A program made the position numbers and the translations under genes. Under the pieces are notes generated by a model, which saw only the letters and a program-made list of their open reading frames with translations, did not search any database and was not told the DNA's origin. Source: Fibrobacter sp. (GTDB lineage: Bacteria; Fibrobacterota; Fibrobacteria; Fibrobacterales; Fibrobacteraceae). Taken from it: a stretch of DNA of 64,000 bases. The DNA lies in NCBI RefSeq assembly GCF_045601785.1, contig NZ_JAZSAF010000048.1, forward strand, positions 729 to 64,728, in the 5' to 3' direction. Of this stretch, positions 30,601 to 39,200 are shown piece by piece. Position 1 is the stretch's first letter. Every line of letters starts with the position of its first letter.

Positions 30601-32325
30601 GGGGTTGCGATGCGGTTGCTTGCTGAACCCGATTCGGGCTATGCGCTGGATTCGCTGGTGATTGTCAAAGTGATGAAGGATGTTGATCCGCAGCATATGT
30701 CGAACAGTATAAATGATGGTTCAGTTGAAAGGTATGTGTTGCAAGAAGGCGATACGTTGCCGGACGGCTTGATCAATGTGACCCTGACGGCGTATTTCTC
30801 TGAAGCCAAGGACGAAAAGGATCCAGATAAGACTCCTGGCGATGGCGATTCCACGAAGGTGGTTGAAGACTCCTTGAGGCTCGTGCGCCACGACTTTGCA
30901 CAGTCGGGAAATGCGGTGCGCTTTATTGTGGAGACGAACAAGTTCAAGGTGGACCGCGCGGCACAGCTGAAGGTGGTGCTGATGGATGCCCAGGGAGTCG
31001 TGCTGGACGAGTATGAACTTGCAAAGAAAATCAAGGAAACGCCCTACCGCAAGACTTGGACGGAGTACCCGCTTCAGTCCGGCAGCTATGTGGCACGTGT
31101 GATGCTTTTCGACAAGAAGGATACGATACCTTTCGATACGGCGTTTACGGTGGGTAGTGAAATTGCCGCCAACGGTTGGCAGATGCTTTCACTTTCTGAT
31201 GTGGCAATCGATTCCATTGTGTGGGATGACGACCCGGTGTTCTACCGCTGGGACGAAACGGCGAGCTTTGGCGAGTTCTGGAAGTACCAGAAGTATGTTG
31301 GTGGCGAAGCGGACCCGCAGCAGGGATTCTGGTACAGTTCCTTGGAAGACCGCCCGCTTCTGCTCCGTGGCGATTCTCTGAGGTCGGGTAAGGAAGTCGT
31401 ATGGGAACTTGACAGCGGCTGGAACATGGTCGCGAACCCCTACGGTTGGGACATCTCGGTGCTCCAGGATACCCTTGATATGAGCAAGTGGTACGCCGAC
31501 CGCGCCGGGTACGATTCCGTGTCTGTACTCGGACCGTACGAAGCTGTTTGGCTGTATTCTGAAACTGGGGGAACGGTGCGCCTTGACGCGGCCCCGCAGT
31601 TTGACCCGCTGGATGTGAAACATGATGCCAAGGCGAAGCTGCAGAACCGCGAAAATTGGAGCTTGCAGGTGTCGCTTTCAGATACCCGTGGACACAGGGA
31701 TTCTTGGAATGTGCTTGGCGTAGGTACCGCGAAGGAGCGCTTGGAGCCGCCCATGGGCATGGGCGACCTGGTGAACCTGTCCATTATGAGTGGGAAGCGC
31801 GCCCTTTCGAAGTCCGTGAAGAGTGTTAAGGCTCAGGACGAGGCTCGCTACGAATGGGAGCTTGCCATGAGTGCGTCGAGCGACCGCGTGGGCTACCTGC
31901 GCTTTGACGGAGTCAAGGCGCTGAACCAGATGGGGCTGAAGGTCTATGTGGCTATCGATGGGGAAACGGCCGAAGTCCCCGCCGGCGACTCCCTGAAGGT
32001 GATGCTCAAGGCCGCGGGCACAACGGCGACCGTCCGCGTGACCGCCGCCGCTGTCCACACTGTGGCGGCCAAGGTCGAAAACCTGCGCTATGAGCGCGTT
32101 CCGGGCGCCCTCCAGGTAGGCTTCGATGTTGACGAATCCCTGGCCGGCGCTAGCTACCAGGTGCAGCTCGTGGGCGTAAGCGGCAAGGTTTTGGCCTCTG
32201 CCCGTGGAAAATCGGCCGCAGGCCGCAACACGCTCGCACTTAAAGCCCCGAAATCGGGCCTTTACCTGCTCCGCGTGACCGTCGCGGGTAACCACGCCGT
32301 CCGTAAAGTGGCAATTCAACGATAA
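27700..32325 (+). CDS. Giant secreted/surface protein (1541 aa), paralog of 22634-27580
   Basis: Signal peptide; DIDLG and GGIVG repeats; shares WQMxSL, GFWY, GWNxxANPYGW, GPYEAVW, DSWNVLG and EPPxGMG with the upstream gene; KSGLYLLRV tail. Confidence 0.75.
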   Translation: MVYMKRTTEILIAAVLLLAGTVLAEIKPIGYRCEAPMDYNDYTLDCSIKQFAQGESTDGYTVSSTWNDFASGFMSYVGASESDPNTWSIRVKFDTDIDLGGYSKKKVACEEPFTPIDLVSIDNSNNSNRPFVVDGDDHTIKNFCYIAEGAHASFFGTLKAATIKNLNFENAYVVAKMDDPQMALNAAVVVNEAENTSFENVSVSKSKVYGWNSAAVAYAANGNSRLSDVRVDDVLLALNEESAGPQVWHFYDKVSYRGGVVANLYGQTNISNVSVSKLVVPDSVAKIMQRNNASYIGASYVGGIIGLASVSMDGSTSFSLEGCTVSAELTGSSVGGLIGSVSPYSITQGSIFEVANADVTFKSGDYSGANQNRYLGGLVGALSWRNGSVQLSKNKVETTIKNTKTEGSVGSRLGGVVGVYTGLGGGEDAVADFTINENDVAVDISSSDTALAVGGIVGYALVNATNSTFAIRNSTVKPVNPGKNPNVITATASKMYNVHAAYVVGRVDNPNYTVELRGNHAEGNIKIAASTVKTMSGVGAMAGIAYCLNLYVRYNTSIGDLSVPIANETAGTDSDFFHVGYEVGEIRAPSSAQMNVEDNYHYGFSDENAGLAVGWLGLVNGDPVTPDLWKTQAVDYYRIWNNYRNAVKTKSASLDAEGTLDVGGSGAIYVENEKKWLYDGVIDGEEMKTRLFTYVLNTASSSGGECGVNGTVCWENEPDSLPKVSTNRTVYKVTIVLDDIYDKLTDADKKSVKKYLYESEKGSYLTYYTDRYLMLEREHVKQVYGLSVVHGLFEENAAAGPDLSEGNDVDLYNFSTMHDAYLRAAEIPYENVHLDVNTTATEVFYGVDSEVPDSLVVPNGNRPVFLPSQIYTAEACVMGWAFNADTNDYKYHVKDPGSFLYPDINAEKTLYAVWKDAETCLGNYVRVRLGEFENGTIAVDEYRDGTKMYTHRFAKDSTMLLPWDNPEGVAMRLLAEPDSGYALDSLVIVKVMKDVDPQHMSNSINDGSVERYVLQEGDTLPDGLINVTLTAYFSEAKDEKDPDKTPGDGDSTKVVEDSLRLVRHDFAQSGNAVRFIVETNKFKVDRAAQLKVVLMDAQGVVLDEYELAKKIKETPYRKTWTEYPLQSGSYVARVMLFDKKDTIPFDTAFTVGSEIAANGWQMLSLSDVAIDSIVWDDDPVFYRWDETASFGEFWKYQKYVGGEADPQQGFWYSSLEDRPLLLRGDSLRSGKEVVWELDSGWNMVANPYGWDISVLQDTLDMSKWYADRAGYDSVSVLGPYEAVWLYSETGGTVRLDAAPQFDPLDVKHDAKAKLQNRENWSLQVSLSDTRGHRDSWNVLGVGTAKERLEPPMGMGDLVNLSIMSGKRALSKSVKSVKAQDEARYEWELAMSASSDRVGYLRFDGVKALNQMGLKVYVAIDGETAEVPAGDSLKVMLKAAGTTATVRVTAAAVHTVAAKVENLRYERVPGALQVGFDVDESLAGASYQVQLVGVSGKVLASARGKSAAGRNTLALKAPKSGLYLLRVTVAGNHAVRKVAIQR

Positions 32326-32335
32326 AACGGGATCT

Positions 32336-32540
32336 TAAGGGTGGAACCCCACCCTGGTGGCCATGCGCACTAAGCACTAAAAGTGCTAAGTGCTGTCCAC
32401 CCTTAGGCGAGGGGTAACGGAAGACCCATGAGAGACTGGCCGCAAAGCGAGCAGTAAAGGCCGAAGGCCGTAATTTGCTCGCGTGCGGAGCAGGCTCGAG
32501 TAGGGGCTGCAGTTAGGGGGACTCATCCCCCCTTGCCTTG
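32336..32540. repeat. Multi-hairpin intergenic element
   Basis: TAAGGGTGGA...TCCACCCTTA inverted repeat with an inner CACTAAGCACT/AGTGCTAAGTG pair, then GAGCAG-TAA-AGGCCGAAGGCC-GTAA-TTTGCTC and AGGGGG/CCCCCT hairpins. Confidence 0.5.
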
Positions 32541-32556
32541 TAGTATTCCTGTAATC

Positions 32557-32585
32557 TTGCCATAAGGGCGGCTTTTTTCTAAATT
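32557..32585 (+). promoter_or_regulatory. Sigma70-like promoter TTGCCA-N17-TAAATT
   Basis: Read directly; 10 nt before the ATG of the DASS transporter. Confidence 0.55.
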
Positions 32586-32595
32586 TGGCCGCACT

Positions 32596-34347
32596 ATGAC
32601 AAAGGCAAAATTCATCAAGTTCATCATCGCGTCGGTGCTCGCCATCGTCGCCCTCTTCTTGCCCTACGAATCCCTCGGATTCGATGCCGCAAGCCCCATG
32701 GGAATCCTGAATCCGCTCGAAATCCGCGTTATTGGCGTTTTCGTGATGGCGGCCCTCTTCTGGATCCTGCAACCGTTCCCGATCTGGTCGACCTCGATGC
32801 TTGTCATCGTGCTCATGATCGTGACGATGTCCGACTCCGCCCTGACGCCTTTCCGCGTAGACGGCGTGACCATGATCAGCCATAAGTCCATTATGGCGAC
32901 GTTTGCAAACCCCATCATCATGCTCTTCTTGGGCGGCTTCTTCCTCGCTGCTGCAGCCACCAAGTACAAGATGGACTTGAACCTCGCCCGCGTGCTCCTG
33001 AAGCCCTTCGGCAAGAACCCGAAGTTCGTGCTCCTTGGCCTTATGCTTATTACCGCCGTGTTCTCCATGTTCATGAGCAACACCGCCACCGCCGCTATGA
33101 TGCTTGCCATTCTGGCCCCGGTGCTCAAGCTCTTCGACGAAGACGACCGCGGTAAGGCTGCCTTTGCCCTTGCCATTCCGCTCGGTGCAAACATCGGCGG
33201 TATGGGTACCCCGATCGGCACTCCCCCGAACGCCATTGCTCTCGGTGCCCTGAACGACGCCATTGCCCGTGGCGACCTGATTGCAAACCCGGTGAGCTTC
33301 GGTCAGTGGATGGCCTTCGGTATTCCGTACGTGATTGTTTTGATGGTGATTGCTTGGCTCTTGCTCCTCAAAATCTACCCGATCAAGATGAAGGAAATGG
33401 TTTTGAACATTGAAGGTGCCGGCAAGTTCGATACCAGCCCCAAGGCCATTATCGTGTACATTACCTTTGTCGTGTGCGTGCTCCTGTGGGTGACCGGTAA
33501 GGGTGTCCACGGCATTAACGATAACGCAATTGCTATGATCCCGATGGCCGTGTTTGCTTTGACCGGCGTGATTACCAAGAAAGACCTGAACGCGATGAGC
33601 TGGGACGTGCTCTGGCTCGTGGCTGGTGGTTTTGCCCTGGGTGTTGGCCTGAATGCAACGGGCCTTGCCGCCCACTTGATCAAGACGATTCCGTTTGCAA
33701 GCTGGTCTCCGCTCGCCCTCATGATCGGTTGCGGTGTCATCTGCTTGTTCATGGCTAACTTCATGAGCCATACTTCTACCGCAACCTTGCTCGTGCCGAT
33801 CCTTTGCGCCGTGGGCATTGCTTGCCAGGACAACCTCGTTGGCCTCGGCGGCGTGACCGCTCTGCTTGTTTCCGTCGCCTTTGCAAGTTCCTTGGGCATG
33901 AGCCTCCCGATTTCTACTCCGCCTAACGCACTTGCCCACGCTACGGGTTACACTGACACGAACGGCATGGCGAAGACCGGTATCGTGATGGGTATTTCCG
34001 GCCTTGCCCTCTCCTGGGTGATGATGATTTTCCTTGCCAAGGTGAACTTCTTCGGTACGCCGGTTCCGAAGGCCGCCGACGCTGCTCCTGCCGCACCGGC
34101 CGCCGTCGAAAAGGTTGTTGCCCCTGCAGCGCCTGCTGCTGAAGCAACCGCTCCGGCCGTTGCCGATAGCGCCGCTGCAACTGTTGCCGACACTGCCGCT
34201 GCAGTCGCCGTTGACTCTGCCGCCGCTGCTAAGGTTGAAGTCGCCGCTCCCGCTGAAGCGGCCGCTCCCGCTGCAGACAAGGCTGCTGAGCCCGCCGAAG
34301 CGCCGAAAGCTGCTGCCCCGGCTGCCGCCGATAGCGTCGCTAAGTAA
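32596..34347 (+). CDS. SLC13/DASS family anion (di/tricarboxylate or sulfate) symporter with Ala/Pro-rich C-terminal tail
   Basis: SMFMSNTATAAM, IGTPPN and LPISTPPNA motifs; multiple TM helices. Confidence 0.9.
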   Translation: MTKAKFIKFIIASVLAIVALFLPYESLGFDAASPMGILNPLEIRVIGVFVMAALFWILQPFPIWSTSMLVIVLMIVTMSDSALTPFRVDGVTMISHKSIMATFANPIIMLFLGGFFLAAAATKYKMDLNLARVLLKPFGKNPKFVLLGLMLITAVFSMFMSNTATAAMMLAILAPVLKLFDEDDRGKAAFALAIPLGANIGGMGTPIGTPPNAIALGALNDAIARGDLIANPVSFGQWMAFGIPYVIVLMVIAWLLLLKIYPIKMKEMVLNIEGAGKFDTSPKAIIVYITFVVCVLLWVTGKGVHGINDNAIAMIPMAVFALTGVITKKDLNAMSWDVLWLVAGGFALGVGLNATGLAAHLIKTIPFASWSPLALMIGCGVICLFMANFMSHTSTATLLVPILCAVGIACQDNLVGLGGVTALLVSVAFASSLGMSLPISTPPNALAHATGYTDTNGMAKTGIVMGISGLALSWVMMIFLAKVNFFGTPVPKAADAAPAAPAAVEKVVAPAAPAAEATAPAVADSAAATVADTAAAVAVDSAAAAKVEVAAPAEAAAPAADKAAEPAEAPKAAAPAAADSVAK

Positions 34348-34377
34348 CCTCGATTAGCCCCTGCAAGAAACCTTTGC

Positions 34378-34444
34378 AAAAGTCGCCCTATGCGGGGCGA
34401 CTTTTTTGTATAACGCTAACCACCCGCTGTGCGGGTGGCTTTTT
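34378..34444 (+). terminator. Two tandem terminator-like hairpins after the DASS gene
   Basis: AAAAGTCGCCC/GGGCGACTTTTTT and CCACCCGC/GCGGGTGG-CTTTTT. Confidence 0.7.
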
Positions 34445-34732
34445 CTTGCTTTTTGGGGCTATTTCTTGCTGAATTACTTTGTATGTAGTCGTTTTTTGGG
34501 GGTGCTTACGGACTAAGTGCCGTTGGGGGCGCTTTTAGTCCGTAAAAAACGGCGAAAAACAGAGAAAAAACTCCAAAATGCGGCCGATTTCGTCGCAAAC
34601 AACCCCAAAATTGCGTTTTTGAGTCATTTTTTTCATGAAAATGACAAAAAATTACGGACTAAAAGGCGTGAAATGGGGTTTTAGTCTGTCACGCCCTCTT
34701 CAAACCTGCGCCACCCGCCTTATATCATATAG

Positions 34733-34769
34733 CCCCCTTGTAACAATTCCGTAATTTTCTAAATTTATA
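34733..34769 (+). promoter_or_regulatory. 37-bp promoter block duplicated upstream of both ugd copies (second copy 47920-47956)
   Basis: Exact repeat CCCCCTTGTAACAATTCCGTAATTTTCTAAATTTATA containing TTGTAA-N16-TAAATT. Confidence 0.7.
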
Positions 34770-34848
34770 TGCAATAGTTTATTTGTGGTCCGCGCGATGT
34801 CGCGGCGGACTCATAACCTAAAGTTCTAATTGTCAGTGGGGACAAAAA

Positions 34849-36195
34849 ATGAACATTGCAATCGTAGGTACCGGATACGTTGGACTTGTGAGTGGAACAT
34901 GCTTTGCCGAGATGGGCGTGAACGTCACCTGCGTTGATGTGAACCTGGCAAAGATCGAGTCGCTCCAGAAGGGCGAAATCCCCATTTACGAACCGGGCCT
35001 CGACGAGATGGTGCTCAGGAACCAGCGCGAAGGCCGCCTGAAGTTCACGACGGACCTTGCAAGCATCCTTGACGATGTCGAAATGGTGTTCAGCGCCGTG
35101 GGTACGCCCCCGGACGAAGACGGTTCCGCCGACCTGCAGTATGTGCTTGCTGTGGCACGCACCTTCGGTCAGAACATCAAGAAGTACACCGTTCTCGTGA
35201 CCAAGTCTACCGTCCCGGTCGGCACCGCCAAGAAGGTCAAGGCGGCCATTCAGGAAGAGCTCGACAAGCGCGGCGTGAAGGTCCCGTTCGACGTGGCGAG
35301 CAACCCGGAATTTTTGAAAGAAGGTTCCGCTATCACGGACTTCATGAAGCCCGACCGCGTGGTGGTGGGCGTGGAAAGCGAACAAGCGAAGGAACTCATG
35401 ACCCGCCTGTACCGCCCGATGATGCTCAACAACTTCCGTGTGATTTTCACCGATATTCCGAGCGCCGAGATGATCAAGTACGCCGCGAATTCTATGCTCG
35501 CGACCCGCATCAGTTTTATGAACGACATCGCGAACCTTTGCGAACTCGTGGGCGCCGACGTGAATATGGTCCGCAAGGGCATCGGCAGCGACACCCGCAT
35601 CGGTTCCAAGTTCCTTTACCCGGGCTGCGGCTACGGTGGAAGCTGCTTCCCCAAGGACGTAAAGGCCCTCATCAAGACCGCCGAGAAGAACGGCTACAAG
35701 ATGGGCGTGCTGAAGGCTGTCGAAGACGTGAACGAATACCAGAAGACAGTGCTCTTCCACAAGCTCGCCAAGCGCTTTGGCGGCGAGGCGAATCTCAAAG
35801 GCAAGACCATTGCCATGTGGGGTCTCGCTTTCAAGCCGGAAACCGACGACATGCGTGAAGCGACCGCCCTTGTGCTGATTGACCTCTTGACCAAGGCAGG
35901 TGCAATCGTCCGCGTGTACGACCCGGTCGCCATGAACGAGTGTAAACGTCGTATGGCGGCGCGCCCCGATGCGGATGTAATCGCGAAGCAGCTCGTTTAC
36001 TGCAACGACATGTACGAAGCCCTGCTCGATGCCGACGCACTCCTCCTTGTGACCGAATGGAAGCAGTTCCGCATGCCGAGTTTCGGCGTGATGAAGAAGT
36101 CCATGAAGAATGCGCTCATTATCGACGGCCGCAACATTTACGACGCGAAGGAACTCGCCGAAGCCGGATTCGAATATAGTGCCATCGGGTGCTAG
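34849..36195 (+). CDS. ugd: UDP-glucose 6-dehydrogenase, copy 1
   Basis: GTGYVGL, SNPEFLKEG, GYGGSCFPKD and GLAFKPETDDMREA motifs. Confidence 0.95.
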   Translation: MNIAIVGTGYVGLVSGTCFAEMGVNVTCVDVNLAKIESLQKGEIPIYEPGLDEMVLRNQREGRLKFTTDLASILDDVEMVFSAVGTPPDEDGSADLQYVLAVARTFGQNIKKYTVLVTKSTVPVGTAKKVKAAIQEELDKRGVKVPFDVASNPEFLKEGSAITDFMKPDRVVVGVESEQAKELMTRLYRPMMLNNFRVIFTDIPSAEMIKYAANSMLATRISFMNDIANLCELVGADVNMVRKGIGSDTRIGSKFLYPGCGYGGSCFPKDVKALIKTAEKNGYKMGVLKAVEDVNEYQKTVLFHKLAKRFGGEANLKGKTIAMWGLAFKPETDDMREATALVLIDLLTKAGAIVRVYDPVAMNECKRRMAARPDADVIAKQLVYCNDMYEALLDADALLLVTEWKQFRMPSFGVMKKSMKNALIIDGRNIYDAKELAEAGFEYSAIGC

Positions 36196-36216
36196 CCCTG
36201 CAGCCTGAATTCACTT

Positions 36217-36242
36217 GTCATCCCCGCCTTCGTGCGGGGATG
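36217..36242 (+). repeat. Solitary GTC-tagged palindrome variant
   Basis: GTC-ATCCCCGC-CTTCGT-GCGGGGAT-G: same architecture as the array units, just downstream of the ugd stop. Confidence 0.6.
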
Positions 36243-36278
36243 GTGATTTTTGTTTAAAACATAAAAGTAAAAACGAAT

Positions 36279-39200
36279 ATGATGAATAACAATAAAAAAA
36301 CTAGACACTTCGCCTGGGCGGCAATGCTTCTCCTCGTGGTGATGCTCACCTCGATCACCGCATGGGCGCAAAATACTAATCCATTTGTAGCACTTGCGAG
36401 CGAACCCACATACAGTACCAAGGGTACCAGCGTAACCCTACGCATTTGGTTTTGGAACTACGACGGCGACAACGCCCATTTCACCAGCCAAACCTACCTC
36501 ACCATCGACGACACGACAATCGCATCCGTCAATCTTGCCCGTATGTGGAATCTCTTTACCACTGTTGACGAGAAAATGTTCGCGAATACCACCAACAACA
36601 CTTACGCCAATCAAACCTTTGGCACAGCCTCCATCACCAACGACACAACCGACTTGGGTTCTGCCACGCTCAAAAACCTTCAAATAAAACAGAAAACAGC
36701 CCCCGGCGGCACTAACGGCGACGGCGCAAATGAAAAGTGGAGTACCATTGACCTTGTGCTCGAATTCAACACCAACTTTTCATTCGGCTCCCACACAATC
36801 GGCATCACAGGCGAATGGTTGGACAAGACAGACAACGATAATAATAAAGACGTTACTAAAAAACCTACTACAACACTCACCGGCATATACTCAGTCTCTG
36901 TGTCAGAGGGGTTCAGTCTCAGCCCCGAACCCGCCAAAACATTAAATAACATCAATTACTATGCCAATGACACTAAAATAACCGTCTCTTATAACAATTC
37001 CATCCCCGAAGGCTACGCCATATCTGGAACAGTCAACGGCTCTTCCATCACAGGCAACACTTACACCGTAAACTCTACCGACGGCGATGTTGAAATCATT
37101 GCTGCCATCCGCAGCGACGGACATAAGCATAGCGTCAAATACGTGGATGCTCAAGGCTTAGAACACACCGCCGAAGCCATCGCCCTCGACGGCACGGAAA
37201 CTGGGCTCACCGCTGGCTGGTACTTTGTGGGCAGGGACATTTTTTACGACCATACTCTCTCGCTTTCGGACGATGTAAAACTCATTCTCGGTGACGGGAA
37301 AAAGATGAACATGGGAACTGCTGACGTTAAGATTAACGGCAATGGGATAGGTGGCGATGACGACGGCAATCTTTCCGTTTACGGGCAGAGTCTTGACGAA
37401 AAAAATGTGGGACAACTTAGTATTTTTGCAAGCGAAAACGGCATCTACTGCATAGGCGACATCACGATAAACGGTGGCAGCGTCGAGGCCCTCGGTGACG
37501 AAGCTGGCATCTACAGCGAGCGTGGAAATATCTCCCTTGGCTGGACGAACAGCACCGACTTCATCAAGGCCCGCAGTATCCATCTCGGTATTGATTCAAA
37601 CTCTGTCACCATTGTCGAGGGCAAAGCATTCACGGACGAAGACGGCAACGTGTATAGCGGCACGCTCTCCGGTGATGATCTCGAATCTATCAAAAACAAA
37701 ACGCTTACGCCGGTCGAGCCTTTCCCCGACAATATTGTTATCGCCGATATTTCCGGCGCAACCTACACCGGGGATTCGATTCGCCCGGAACCTGTTGTGA
37801 CCATCGGCGAAAATGTGCTTGAACTGGGCAAGGACTACACGCTTGCTTATAAAGACAACTTGAACGTCTCCGATACGGCTAAAGTAATTGTCAAGGGGGC
37901 TGGAAAATACTACGGCGAAGTCCAAAAGTTATTTACAATCGATAAGGCTCCGCTCAAGGTTACTGCCTTGAACGATACGATCACCTATGGCGACGAACCT
38001 GCTAACCAGGGTGTTGCCTATGACGGATTTGTAGGAAATGAAACCAGCGAAGTCTTGAAGGGCGAACTTGCTCTTGAAATAGGTTACAAACAGTACGATG
38101 ATGCCGGTAAATACGCCATTACGCCGAGTGGCTTGATAGCCGACAACTACGAAATTGATTTTGTCGCAGGAACGTTGACTATTGAACCGAAAGTAATCTT
38201 TATTGTTTGGGGCGAACAAACTATGTTCCCCTACGATGGCAAGGCTCATGCTCCGAATGCGGCTGCAGAAGGTCTCGTGAACAATGACGAATGCAACCTC
38301 GTTATAGACTCTGCTACGGAAGTCGGCGAGTACACCGCAAAAGTAACGGGTTTGAGCAATAAGAATTACAAGTTGCCTGCAACGGGGCTTAAAAAAGAAT
38401 TCAAGATTGTTGCAGAATCTGCTGTTGCTTACATTGACGAGAACGGTGTTGAACAGGCTGTTATGGATTACACCGTGCTTACCTCCTCAACCGACGTGGG
38501 CAGCCTCAATGGCGGCTGGTACGTGGTTGAGGGCGAGGTGAAATACACGAGCCAAGTCAATTTTGAGGGTAACGCTCATCTTATCCTTGTGGATGGTGCG
38601 ACGATAGAGATTGAAACTGCAGGCGAATCAGAATATGGAATCCTTGCTTCTAATAACCTGACCATCTACGGGCAGAGCAAACAAAGCGGAATTTTGAATG
38701 TCACCGCAAAAGGTCCGAATAGTCAAGGCATTGTCAGCAACGGCAATATCACGATAATCGGCGGCAGGGTCACGGTCACAGGCTCAAGCGACGGCATCTA
38801 CACTGATGCTGGCGACATCACCCTTGGCTGGACTAACAGCACCGACTTCATCACGGCCAGCAACATCTATCTCGGTGCTGATTCATGCTCTGCCACCATC
38901 GTCGAGGGTAAATCCTTCGTAGATGAAAACGGCAACGAGTATAGCGGTAAGCTTTCCAGCAATCAAGTCCGAGCCATCGCCGGCAAGACGCTTGTGCCGC
39001 CATCGTTTGAAGGAAAATTCCTCTCCGACGTGAACATCGCCGTCGTCGACATTCCCGTGCAGAAGTATGCTGACGGCAAGCCCGTCTGCCCCTCTGTGCT
39101 CGTCACCGACGGCAAGGACACGCTCAAGGCCGACACGGATTACATGGTCACATGCGTGAACAACACCGCTGTCACCTCCGCCACGCTTGACGAAGCCGCC

